This document shows positions 1 to 12,740 of a stretch of 64,000 bases of DNA, in pieces. The translations under genes and the position numbers were made by a program. The stretch spans positions 305,271 through 369,270 of the forward strand of contig CAJINV010000012.1 of the NCBI GenBank assembly GCA_905178155.1, given 5' to 3'. The first letter of the stretch is position 1. The number at the start of each line of letters is the position of its first letter. The notes beneath the pieces are model-generated. The model saw nothing but the letters and a program-made list of their open reading frames with translations. It was not told the origin of the DNA and ran no database searches. Source of the DNA: Amoebophrya sp. A120. Its lineage: Eukaryota > Protista > Dinoflagellata.

Positions 1-505
1 GTTGAAAGGCATAATCTTCTATTAAGGATTTTTGCTACTCCGCCTCGTGCTTTGCGTATTTTTTGCCTAGTTTGTCCATGTGTTTTTGCTCTTGTTTTTT
101 CTTTTGCGTATCTATGAATTCAAAAAAAACTGTTTTGCTTAAATGTTTTTCTCAAGTACAAGTAGCAGTGATCGCTCGCTCCGTCGACCGACGATCGTGT
201 TGATTTTTCTACTCAGTCCGGGATGCCCATGGCCGGCGCTGCATAGTCGTAGTCCGGGGCGGGGTGGTACGCGAAAGTGTGGAAATAAAGCTGCATTTGT
301 ACATCCAACAATGTTTGAGCTTGAATTTGGTGTTATCAAAACGGCCTGATTCCGTCGTTGAATCAATTTATCGCCCAAGTCACGCATTACAAACTCCCGA
401 TATTAGTTTTCCAACACGCATGACAAATGAGTTCATTTCCTTATCCGCCGAAAGTGGAGTAGTTTCCGCTCTGCAGGAACGCGCCGTAAAGTATTGCCAG
501 CATCG

Positions 506-3500
506 TTAGCAAAGGTATGAGCTTGTAAAAATCACTGTCATGCCTACTTTGTCGGAATCTTCGCATTCGCTTGTGCGCGTTCAGAAAATAAGTGCGGTGT
601 GAGAGCATTCATGCACTTTGTGTCTGCGAAAAAAATTCAGAAGATGTCTTTCTTGATCGTGAAGGCTACGTTTCTGCATGACAAACTCGTAAGTTTATGT
701 TTTGCCACAAAGGAGGACACCGGGTAACAGTGACAGAAAGAACGCCTAGGTTTCTGGTGCATAATCACGACTATCACCGCTGCTGCGTCCCACATGAGGA
801 TGCTCCACCTGTTTTTTTTGCAGTCTGACTTTGCTGGTTCCAAAACTACAACTAGCGTAGAATTTGTCATGCATATAATTCTCCAGGGGTAGAGGATCGG
901 GTAGATTTGTCATGCAGATCCAGATGATATGCAAAAAAGGAAAAACCAAAAGTACATGACTCCATCCTGGACAAAGCCCTGCTCTGCCGCGCTGCCCGAA
1001 TACGCGGAAACAAAATTCTTCTTCTTCTGGATCTGCTTGGTGGTTTTCTCCAGCGCAGCCAGCTTTGACATGAGGTCGGCCTTTTCTCGCTCGGATTTGT
1101 GGACCTCCTTTTTCAGGCGTTCGACCTGTGAAAGTTTTTTTGGACGTCGTGCATCAGCATCACAAGTTTTGACTTTTAGACTCGGCCCTGCTCATGCAGC
1201 CGATGTTGCATCATAATAGATTTTTGTGTATTGGTGTTTCGCATAGATCATGAACACAGACCTCCAGAGAAACAAAATCATACCACTATTATCGCCTCCT
1301 TTGTTGTTTCGGATTCGTGTTTCTGCCTCAGGCGACTCAGTTCCTCTTCAAACGCCAAGGAAAATTCTCGTTCCAGGTTTTGTATGCGTTCGCGCTCGTT
1401 GACCAACTCCACTCGCATCTTTTCAAACAGAATAGAATGGAAAAAACGTCGAATCCAACCACGCTTGTATTCAGTCGCAGTTTGTCATGCAGATCATGCA
1501 AGAAATAAAGTCGTCTGCAAAAAAATGAACATAGAAAGGAAGACCATGCGGCTGCAGCTCTCCGTGGCACGAATTGCTTACACAACAGGAAGAACATGAC
1601 AAGATTAAAACAGTGAGACATCCACCTGCTGAGTCATGGCATATGACAAGCATAAGTTGATTCGAAATGTCCCTTGTTTCATACTCTGTGCCGCTAGTCG
1701 TTGTGTTTCGAGGGACCGCAACCGTTCGGACTCCTTGAGCTCCGTTCGAAGCTTGGTGCACTGGTTTTCCACCTAGAAGTAAAAAAAGAGACGATTGATT
1801 TTTTGCGGACCAAAAGAGTTCAGGTGCCCTCTAAAAGTGCCGAAATAAAGCAGAATCTTCAGAAACACTATATCGTTCGTCCACATCCCAGACTCCATCT
1901 GCGATGCATACGCTCGGCGTCCTCGCTACATGGCATGCGAGACCCTAACTGTGATGATAAAAAGGAAAGATCCACTTATCCTATACCACTATCCTGGCCT
2001 CATTGTGCTGAGAAGCGTACTGGGCGGCCTCGCGCCAAGCCTTTTCGAAGGCAACTGCGTCACTGCGGGTCATGTTGCCGAAGGCGATCCGGAGAAAGTT
2101 GTGTAGATTTATGTGGTCTCTTCTTCCCGGAAGTGTTCTCCTAGAGTCACTGTACGTCTACATTGACGTTTCGTCCGATTCGGCTTACAACTGTGATTCC
2201 CGCCCGCTGCTTGCAAAATTTGAGAAATGGTTGGTGCGACGTCCACCAGCGGTTCCGGTTTCTATCTGCGCGAACGATATTTTTTCTTCACCAGCGTGGT
2301 CTCCTGGTAACCGCCGAAGACGCGTAAGAACAGGGACTGCACTGTCCTCTTCACCTTGTTCACCCCGGCCTCTCGCAGCGGAGTCAAAAATCTTGACGAT
2401 CTTGGTCTTGCTCCAGAAGGAGGACCTCGCGTTGCAAATCGCAGGCCAAGTGGACGTCGATGATTGGCTGCTGCTGTACGAGGACGACGTGACCAAACAA
2501 GCTATTGGGGTGAAGTCACGCGTCGATGAAGCTCCAACAGCAAGCCAGAACCCGCCGCAGCTGTCGCGACTCGTGCAGCGGAGCTGGCGCTGGTGCCGGC
2601 CGACCGCAGGGAAAACAAAGGAGCTTCGTTCAGGCTCTACTGGAATATGAAACTACACCACTCAGGTCGCGCCAGTTGTTTTCCCGCTTTGTAGCTCTAT
2701 CAGTCGTGGCAAATTAGAGACACCCGCAGCTGCACCGGTGAAATCATGTTGGTTGTTCCTTGTAGTTTGTCTTTGTAGTTCTTCTTCTCGTTGAAAAAAA
2801 CCAGTTATTGAAACCAAAGTAGTCTGATCGTAGTTTTTGTTGCCTTCGCAATTCTATTCACTGTCCACCACCTACCGAGTCGCGTCGACCGAAAAGTATC
2901 GATTCCCATATAAGGTAGGGACTTGGAACGACCACTAGATGAAAGATGAAATCCGGCACAACATCCTAAGAACCATAGAGCGTTGGTTTACAAAAATTTA
3001 AACTGCATGGAGCACTTCTTTCTACGCATGAAGTTTCAATGTGGTGGCATACGACAGACACGACCCTGCTTGTGCTTGTTCTTGGTGAGCGAAGGAAACG
3101 AAGAAGGATCGCTTTTTTTGTTCGTTCCATCAAAAGTGAGTGCAGCGTTCGCATATTTACTACATCGTGATGATCTTTCGTGTCCTCACCGCAAATAGGA
3201 AACACTAAGATGAATAACGCAAACATCAAAAGTAGAATCGAGAGAAGAAAGGGGCACTAAATGGATCAATGACGACCCAGATGTTGACTTTGATCTTGAA
3301 GGAAGTAATGGTGCCGCTCAAACTCTACGAACGACCCAAAAGGCTGGAAAATAGTTTTGAATTTCCAGAGAAGGACGCAGCTGGCGCTGCCGGTGATGGG
3401 CGCAATACCAGTGACGGTACGACGGCACCTCAACTCACCACATCTTTTACGCTCAGTGTGAATACTTTTACTTGCGTTCAGTTGTAAAAACAATACTGCT

Positions 3501-3537
3501 ACCAACAACAATCGCACCTCCAGAAGCTGCTCCACAT
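506..3537 (-). CDS. Hypothetical coiled-coil protein with C-terminal hydrophobic segment (possibly tail-anchored)
   Basis: Exon-like pieces: KLRTELKESERLRSLETQRLA (~1690-1770), ELVNERERIQNLEREFSLAFEEELSRLRQKHE (~1300-1430), LKKEVHKSEREKADLMSKLAALEK (~960-1120), WSILMWDAAAVIVVI (~765-808). Junctions only partly resolved. Confidence 0.35.
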
Positions 3538-5287
3538 GTTCTTGCAGTTGTCGCGATCTCGTGCTGCTAAAACGAACACACAAAGCTCGCATGTGCATGT
3601 GGTGGGGCTAGAAGATAGGGAGCTGCTTCTTACATGGATTCGTTCCCCGGGCGGGTCGGCTGACTTCCGGCTCCGTGCATCATGCACGAGAGCAATTATA
3701 GACGACACGCGATCCATCTATATCTGCAGGGATCACTGCCCTCGCCCTGACTTCTCTGGATTCGGGTTGTATCGGTACCTATGAAACCGAATACGATATA
3801 TTCGCCGCAGCCATGTTGATAAATGGCGGCACTGGTAGAAAGATAGATTTTATGATTTAAATTGATGGCGCCTCCTCTGGTGCTCTACCTACGAACACTA
3901 CCACCCCACCTTCTTGCCCTTGGTCTTCGTCTTCTCTCTCAGAGGCGCTATAAATCAACTCTAGATGAAATGCAAAGCCCCGCTTCTCTCAGTTCTGTCA
4001 GAGACACCCAAATAACCGACTGCGCTGCCCTCCGCTCTGCCCGCGTCCTCAATCATGGCGCGACTAAGTAGGCAACGCTCCACCCCGCATAGCCACATAG
4101 TGGCCCACTAGGAACAAGACCCGGAACTGGGGAGGCCGCTTCGCCTGGGGTGTTGCGCATACTCGTGCGTGCGAAAATCAAAGAAAGTGGAGGAATTTGG
4201 ATGATCTTTTCAGCGTCCGACGAACCATAGACCGAACCAGACGGCCTGCTGGCTCGCTTTTGCCTTCGCCCGGCTGCGCCGCCCGGAATAAACGAAGAAC
4301 ACGCGCGCCACCATACTGAAGAGCGCCCACACGCCTCCGCCGGGCTTCCAAGGGGGGCCTTCCTACCCAAACACGGGGGGAGGACGGGGCCACCAATCCC
4401 ACACACACGAGGGCCGGCCCCGAGGAAATTTACGCCGGCGCCGGCGGCAGCATACGGACAAAACCGGACTGGCTTCCAGCCCCGGGCAAGGGCCCCCAAG
4501 ATCACGGGGGCCCCACGAGCGAAGGCGGGCGCGGAAGCACGCGCGCGCTTTATCGTCAAACCAAGCGAGGCACGGCCTTCGGGCCGAAGGGTGGCGGCCC
4601 AAGGGCTCCACAACCAGGCCGACCAGCAGCCGGGGGCACTTTAAAAAAGTAAGCGGGTGCGCGCGCGGCCGGGTCCTTGGGTTCGAAGTGATCGCCAGCG
4701 GCAACGCCAGAAAACATCAATATCATGTTGACCCCCGTGATGAAATGCAGGGGCGCGCAGCCCCCCCCCTAGCCCCACCGCATTCTTTGCCAGGCGGGGA
4801 GCTGGACGCCACGCGGCGCCCATCCAACCAAATTGCGCCCAAAGGCCCGCCGGCACGTAGGGCGCAACACGGCAGAAGGGGCGCGCGCCTCTGGCCTCGC
4901 CGATGCGGGGGGCATGTGGGTGCGGCGCCCGAAAGGCGGGCCCTTAGCCCAGGACATTTGTCCCCGCGCGCTCTCGCCGCCCCCTCAAGAAGCACGAAGA
5001 GCGCGAATGCTCGACGAGCAGAAGAAAGAATAACAAGAGTGCTCGCGTCAACATTTCGTGTCGCCCTCCTTCACTCATTTTTCGCACACCTTCACCCATT
5101 ATTTCTCGGATTTCTTATGAGACTCCGGATTTGTTGTCGCTCTGCTTCACTCATTTTGCGCAATCATTGCTGAAAATCAGACTCAACAGCCGGAACCCCT
5201 TCCCTACATGGAGTATGGTGCTCTTTCGTCCAGCCAGATTCAGCTCTCAGAGTAGAAGTTGCGCGCTTTTTATTCAATTGAATTCGT

Positions 5288-8253
5288 CTACGTCTTTTTC
5301 TTTATCACAAGATGGTAGTATGCACCCAGAGATCTCCTTTCTTGGTACACGATTTCGTAATTAGCAATAAGAATAATCTTTTCCTTGTTTTCTTGCTGTG
5401 GTTCAGTGTCCTGTAGTTGCCTATCAGCACCCTTTTGTTCAACATCACCAGTAGGTCCCACCTTCGTAAAATCCTCACTAATAGTGGAATCATCTGCAAG
5501 CCCCCTGCAAGAAGGTGTTGACGTAGAAGTCACAATTTCCTCCCCGACTTCTACCACTCCCCTCCCCAGCGCCTTTCGCACCAGTCCAAACATGTCGATC
5601 GTGCTGTCGCACCCGCATTCGTGGAAATTTTTCTCCCAAAACTTCTCTTGAGCGTACTGGACCAGTTTGTAGTCGGCAATCCCGTGCTCGGACAAAATCA
5701 ACCGTCCCGTTTCCGGTTTCAATACGCGGAACATTTCTTGCACCGCCTTCTCCGGGTTGTCGTAGCTGCACAGGCCCAGAACGTCTACCACGGTGTCGAA
5801 TTCGCTATCCAGAAGGAGCAAGGGTCTGCTTCCAAGAACCATGTGAAGTCTAACTCACTTTTGCATGCATTCATGCTGCACAGGTTCTTGTGCCAACCCC
5901 AATCGTAATTTGACAGGATGAAGAAGGAGGTTTTACACATTCGAGGGTCTAGTGGTCAGTAGAGACAAATCAAGCTTGATTACTGACACTGAGTCAATGT
6001 CGTTTCAGTACATTTGCAAGAATAAACTATCAATTGCACCAAAATTGCGACAGTCTCTGCAACATCACAAAGTCGACATGATTTCATGGACGCAGAAATT
6101 TACGTGGCGTAACTGTCGGTCCAGGCCTGTTATGAACCGCAACAATATGATCCTCGCGTTGTACTCATCGCAATATTGTTGCATGACAAATCTTGGCTCT
6201 TATCTGAATCGGCATGACAACTTGCAGTTATTCCGAAAATTTGTCATGCAATTCACGCTAGGGTACTGGTAGTGCGAGGACACTTGAGCTTTTGCAATGC
6301 ATATGTGTGGTAGGTGTTCTGCGTCGGCGGTCTGTAGCTTCAAATGAATCTTCGAGGTGTCCGACTTGCTCGCATGGTGCGGATCTGTACTAGCGCCGCA
6401 GCTTCCATTTTTACTGGAAGACGATCTGGAGGCTATTCTTGGAGCGGAAGTGATATTTGTTTTTCTCGCCTGCTCCTGCCCTAGACCCCCATCCTCGCTT
6501 TCCTTATCCGTCCTTTTCGGTTTCCCAACTCCCACTGCGAACGCCTGCAACTGAACGGCCCGCATGTACGCGCGTCTCAACATTTCCTTCGAACTGTCGA
6601 CCAGCGTAATGGCTGTGATCTTGTTGTCGCATTGTTCGTCAGGGTTATCGACTGCAAAAGTATCGATATCGTGCTCGGTCGTAGCAATCGCATTCCTTGC
6701 ACGACAAATGCGCTTTGATGTTGCCTGCTGAATCTCCATGACAGGTGCCAACTTTCCTTCTGGAAAAATTTGTGATGCAGCTGCTAAGACTGATCCGACA
6801 ACGACTACGATGATTTTGCAGTGCATAAGCGTAATAGCCCAACCATTTTCCCGTGCCGCCGGCGACCTCCAGAACGTGTCCATGAGCGCGAGTGTCACTG
6901 TTGAAAAGGGAATAACTCCAGGAGGTTTCAAGACTAACAATCTATGGCGCAGTTGTGATGCGCAACTTGTTGGTTTCGCTTTCGCTTGATGAAAGATCAG
7001 GTAGGAAATGAAATAGAGATCGCTACGCTGGAGCGAACTGCGCCGCGTGGAGGTCTGATGAAAGTCATATCAAGTGTATGTATTTTTTTGCATGAAATAC
7101 TTGCTGCTCGCTCTGCTGAGCGTATCCCGTTATTCGTGTACAGGACGAGGACAACGAGAAACAACTTGTTCTATTCCGAAGTTATATGAAAGTAGTTCTC
7201 TTCCACCGCATAAAATTTCCGTACCAGGTGCACGTGGCCTTTCGCTACCCGTCTGTGCGCCCAAGCCGTGCTCGCGTCATACCCAGACGCGGTTGCTTCG
7301 TCGCACCAGAAATGTTTTCTGTGCAGGTGAGAGGTTGATGGCGTCCGCGTAGGACGAGTGGGCTGGCCGTGTTGATGTTCCGCAATACAACTGGAGCTTG
7401 TAGCTGTTCCACCACTCGGCTTACTGTTCCTTGAAAATGAACTATCCCCATTCACTTTTTGCATGACAAAAACAGAAGTCGCTTCATCTTTTGCATGACA
7501 AATTGGATCATGGGGATGGTTAATTTTCAGGAAATACGGCTGCGTCTCCTCGTCTACTTGTTCCTTGCCGTTGACAGAGTCTCGAGGCGTTGACGACGAC
7601 CTTATCTTGCCATCATATTCTAGTACACCTGTCACAACAGGTTGTGCTGGAGGTCCTCGCTGGGAACAAGATGTAGTTGGAGCTTCCGCACCAGAGCCGC
7701 GTGCCGCGTCACAAAACCGCACTATCTTGTCGACGAGGGTCGTTTCTTCGCCGCGTTGGCTCCCTGCTTGCTGATTTTCATTACCGGTTCGAGTTGTTCT
7801 TGTTTCGCGATCTTCGTGCAGCTCCTCGTGGTCTGATAGTGATACCCGTTCTGATCCACACTCTGCGGTCGAAGCAGCTACATCATGATGTGTCGTATTT
7901 CGTATCGAACGAGGGTGAGAAGAGACGAAGCTGCGCGCTGGAGGCTCTGTCGTGATTTCAACTTGACCACGTGAAGTTGTTGTAATATTGCGACAGAAAG
8001 GTTGTGGACCTTCGCAGGAGTGTCGTGTTTTGGTTTCCTTCTCCTGCGCATGGTTCACGTCCTCTGGGGTTTTTTGATCCGCGCAACCACTTAGCTGATG
8101 TTCTTGCTTGTTCCACGTCCACCCACAGCCGGTAGAAGAAGTTCCAGACGCGGAAGAGAAGACATACACAATTCTGGCCACAACTGCAGTCCCCAATGCG
8201 CAAATCGCAGGCGTGGGGAGCGAGCCGGCATTGCGGAAGAGAAAAGTCGCCAT
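5288..8253 (-). CDS. Class I SAM-dependent methyltransferase (OMS1/METTL7-like), multi-exon, long low-complexity N-terminus
   Basis: Motif I AHGHVLEVAGGTGKWLGYY (~6830-6890), ITLVDSSKEML, ADAEHLP, and FDTVVDVLGLCSYDNPEKAVQEMFRVLKPETGRLILSEHG...CGC (ORF 5288-5842). Some junctions and the start codon are unresolved. Confidence 0.75.
6131..6303. mobile_element. Introner (degenerate TIR)
   Basis: TATGAACCGCAA...TTTGCAATGCATA; transcript-strand flanks ACACA/ACAGG; several GCATGACAA motifs. Confidence 0.55.
6646..6827. mobile_element. Introner, C-like TIR family
   Basis: TATCGACTGCAAAAGTATCG...GATTTTGCAGTGCATA; flanks ACGCT/ACCCT; removal joins methyltransferase motif I to motif II. Confidence 0.8.
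7422..7536. mobile_element. Introner, short I family (frame-preserving)
   Basis: Perfect flanks CGGCT; 115 bp; similar to 32629-32743 and 27033-27144; left end is TAC rather than TAT. Confidence 0.7.
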
Positions 8254-10404
8254 TCGGAGGTGGCAATTGACCGGTCGGCAACATCAAAATAATTGGGCAG
8301 CAGACCACTGTGGGAGTTCGAGCTGTGCACAACTTTTTAACCACGCCCAACTCTTAGACAGCAAAGATCACTCTCATCCGGTGGTTACCTTATCAGAGCA
8401 ATATCGCTTTCCACAGGACATTTTAAACCTTTTCGTCCTCGAAATACAAAAATCGCCGCCTGCGCAAGGTCCATTAACTCTGTCTGTTTTTTATCTTTGC
8501 GCCCGGCCACGCGAGTTTGCGCGTCTTAAGTTGTAGAGCTGCGTCAACTGTTACGGAACCCCAAATCTTCTCTCATTCATTCTCCCCCCGGACGCAGGTA
8601 CTATGGAGTGGCCGGCGACAAGGAAATGTCCTGACACTGCTGTATTCACATGTGCTGAAGGGTACTCAGACAGGAGGGAGCAAACACCGAGAAATCCATA
8701 TACCGAATACACGAGGATGGAACACAGAATCGAGCGGGCTCCGACACCTTTCGGACAGAAATTGAGGAAACAGGAGAAACAAAATCAAGCGCCACATCTC
8801 GCGTCCCCGGAGGGGCCGGGCGGGGAAGGGGGGCGCACAACATTGGCCCAGGCGCGCGACAGAGCGAACGTGGGCCGGCGGGCCCTAATTGTATGCCACC
8901 CCCGCCCGCCAAAGTAGTGCCCAAACTTGGGCCATAGCGCAACACGTCCTTCCGAACTGGGGCGCGACGCGCGGACGGTATTACGTGCCTGGCCCCGCGC
9001 CTCCCCCCCCCCGCGCCTTGGCCAGAGAGCGAGGCGGACCCCAGGCGACCCCGCCCGCCGGACCGACCGCCCACAAGCGTAGGCCACCAGGAGCGGGGGG
9101 CAACGAACACACGAACGAACCAACCGGCCCCCCGGCGCACAGATACGGGAGAGCGGCGGGACTAACTGCCACACCGCGCGGGCGCCCAATTCTGGGCCCG
9201 CCGCCGGGCGGAGAAAATGAAGGGGGGGCGAATGGGTTCCGGCGTCACCGATGAGGCGCGCATTCCGCTGAGGCTCAAATCTCACGCCACCACCGGCCAA
9301 CCAGCCCCAGAACGCTCCCGCTGAGATCCCCCTGCGCCGAGTCGGGGCCGCCTCCTCTTGTTCCTCATTGGCGGAGCCCGGCCGCCCCGCTTTGGATGGG
9401 CGTTGCCCGGCCGGCGCCGAGAAGCTTGCGCCCTGGTCTTGACGCCCAGCGCAATCTATCACACGCCACGGCCTGTCCGGGGTTTCTCCCCGCGGTCTTT
9501 CTGATCTTGGGCGCGCCCATCCGTCAAACGGGAACGAAGGAGCCGCCTCGGGCTGCGGCTACGTAACGAGCTGAAAGGACATTTTTTTGCGACCGCAATG
9601 CGGCCCTTGCTCGCTGCTGGGCTGTCACACGGTGTGCGGGCTAAAACATAGATTGGCATTGCGAGCGGTTGGCACTTTTCGGCCCCGTGTCACTCCGCAA
9701 TTCTCATTTCCACTCAACATGAAAAAGAATGAACAGCAGAGCTTCCCTGACTACACACACTACACACAAAACTCATCTCCATATTTCACAACAACTCTTC
9801 TTGCAGTTGCAGTTGGTGAACTTTATTTGCGCCTGCAGTTGCACACTCGACCTCCTCTCAAATGTCTTAGCGCAAGACACTCTCTCTTCACGTACATGAG
9901 GTCACGTCATCGAACCGGGCATGCCATGGGCCCGGCTAGGACATGCCATTGCCCGTCAGATTTTGAAAGAAAGCTGTCTTCCTGCTCATACACGTCAACG
10001 CCACCGGTGGTGCTTCCACATACGGAGAAGAGCGAATTTTTGGGTGGATTTCCCCCCTTACGCTTTTGGGCCGGAAAATTAATTTTTTTTTCAAAATTTT
10101 CAAATTTCCCTTTTTCCCCCGGCCGGGGGCGACATGGTCCAAAAGAGATGGGGTCCATTGAAAGGTGGCGGGAGGGTGGCGGAAATCTTGAAAGCAAGGC
10201 GCCTCCGACCACATCAGACCCAAAACAAATCCCACCCCAGATGACCTTGAGAAGGCAGACCGGCAACAGGCCTGAGGAAGGACAACTAGAAGAGAAAAAC
10301 TGGGCCCATGTTCCAAGCAGAGATCTTGCAAAGACCAGGATCACATCGCAACAAATAACATCATGAGGCCTGAGAAAGTGAGACAAGACACAAGATATCT
10401 GCTC

Positions 10405-10670
10405 GCGGAAAATTCCAGGAAAATTTCAGGAAAATTTCGAAAACGTCAAGAGGGCAACAAGAACATCGCCCGGAAAATTTCAGGAAAATTTCAGAAATCG
10501 GGCAAAACGCAAAATCGTTCCCGATTTTACAGTGTGGCCAGATTTCTGAAATTTTCCGGAGCCATTTTTGAGGTCCATTGAAATTTTCCGGAGAGGCCAT
10601 CGAAATTTTCCGTGGCCCTTTTGAAATTTTCCTGAAATTTTCCGGAGGCGAAATCCCGGAAAAATCCGCA
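10405..10670. repeat. Foldback-like array of GGAAAATTTC units followed by inverted GAAATTTTCC units
   Basis: About 5 forward units at 10407-10495 and about 5 reverse units at 10545-10645; related motifs recur to ~10980. Confidence 0.7.
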
Positions 10671-12740
10671 CAAAGAAATGACGAAACCGGGGCCAATCCC
10701 AGAATACCAATCCCCGACCACCAAGAGAAGATGGGCCTCATACGAGAAGAGATGGGACGGAGCCAAGACAAGAACACCCCACATAAGATCGCCCCGCTGC
10801 CATTGCCTCCCAGCCGTGTCCCGATGTTCTCGGGCCACCACCCATGGCACCAACACGCCGGACAATAGCAACACACTCACCAAGAACCTCGGGCCATACA
10901 GGCGCACCAACAAAAGCGAAAAAAATTTTTTTCGGATTTTTTTGGATTTTATTTCCGGAGAAGTTAAATTTTCCGAAGCGTTTCCACTTAGGGCCAAAAT
11001 CCCACCAAGAATTTATTGCCCGAGCCGGCGATCTCTGCGGTGAGTCTTGTGCGCGGCACCGCGACAACCAAAACGAGCCAGAAATCGAGTCCGAAGCGGG
11101 GGTAGGCGCGCAGGGAAGGAGCGAAGTAACACGGGCCCCCCGGCAGCAGCCGCCACTTGCGCCCATAAAAGTCCCGCCCTACGCGGGCGGGGCGCCGGGG
11201 GCCGGTTGCAACGAGCGCCGGGCCCCCGATCGCGTGCCGGCGGGCCCGCCGGGCAGGCGGCCGGCCAAGGAACCCTGGGGACGGAGGGAGCGCGCCAAGA
11301 CCGGCAACACCCGGAGGGGGCGGGGGCGGCCGGGGGCCTCGCCCTCGCCTCCGCCGGCGGGAGGGCATGGCGCGCCCGCGGCAAGATACACACGGGCGAG
11401 AACCCGCGCCCGCCCAGGCGGTGCGTGCAAATGCCCGACGGGCGGGCTCGCTCGACTTTAGAGCAGCGGCGGGCCTGCGCGCATCCGCAGGAGCTCTGCG
11501 CCATCGACGGAAAAAAAGGAGCGCCGTCGCGATCATGGCCGGGATTGTATTCGCCAGCGCGTCTAGCTCCCTGCCGATCTGTGGTCTTCGCGCGGCAGAC
11601 TGTGCGCGCGAGATCCACCGCGCACCCTGCCGCCAGGCGCCGCGCCGGCATGGTCCACGCGCGGCGCCTGCCGCTAGGCGAGACTAACGAGGCCTGATCC
11701 GAAGCACCTGCGGCGCCGCGTCGGCCCCGACTGCTTACCAGGCGCGGCGTTTCCTCGCTTCATAACAATAGTTGCAAAGAGCGTTCTTGCCACTGCCACA
11801 AGCATCTTTCTGATCTTCCACCTATTAGTAGTATGAAGGCCAATCTATTAATATCATTGCAGCATGAAATTGAAACAAAGGGAAAACGAAAAGCGTCAAC
11901 GATTTCAAAACTACACCAAAATCCCTCACACGATTGCACGCTCTCCAATTGTTTTTTTTCTTTTGATGGCCTGAATGAAACACACGCTAACTGAAACTGC
12001 TTTTATCCCTCAACAAGAGACACCAATGAGAGGCTGAGTTCATGACAACGCAGCCGCAGATATTACATGAATCGTCCGCAACGCTTGATATATCTGGGCA
12101 GTTACACACTGGTAGCTCTGACGCCTATGCACTGAGGTCCAGAATTTACATGAGCAACTCTCTACAGGTTGCAACCAGCTTTATGGTCATACTCTCGTCT
12201 CACGGTCGCTCAAGCTTATCACGTCATGCGCAGTCATTGTTTTTTCTCTCGTCATCGAGCCTGATCTTGATCATTCGTTTTTACCACAGCCCCGTTTTTC
12301 CGCTCACATATGTACTTGAGTGTGGATCGTCGGACAGACTGTTTCCAAAAAGAAAGGGCACAAGAGTCGTTCGTCCTCGGACTGCGCCGCGAAACCAAAT
12401 GTAGTAGCTCCATCGTCGCGACTTTCAACAAGAAATTGAAATTCGGTTCAAAGAACAGCAGGCTCGGACGCGAACGCGACCAAATGTTGGACGCTGTGTG
12501 TGAAGTATAGAGTGCATCTGACTTATTTTCGTGATGAAAGCTCCAGGCTCAGAAACGCTGTGCGTCTTCGGTGGAATAAGTTGCGGCTATTTTGTTCATG
12601 TTTTTGCAGTTCTAGAGCTGCTGCGCCGGGTGCAGCTCGTGCTTCTATTTTCAAATCTCATTTTCAAACGTGCGTCTGTGTATATCCATGGGTGGCGTTC
12701 AAGGTTTCTGGACTAGAGTCAAGCACTTCATTTATCATCA

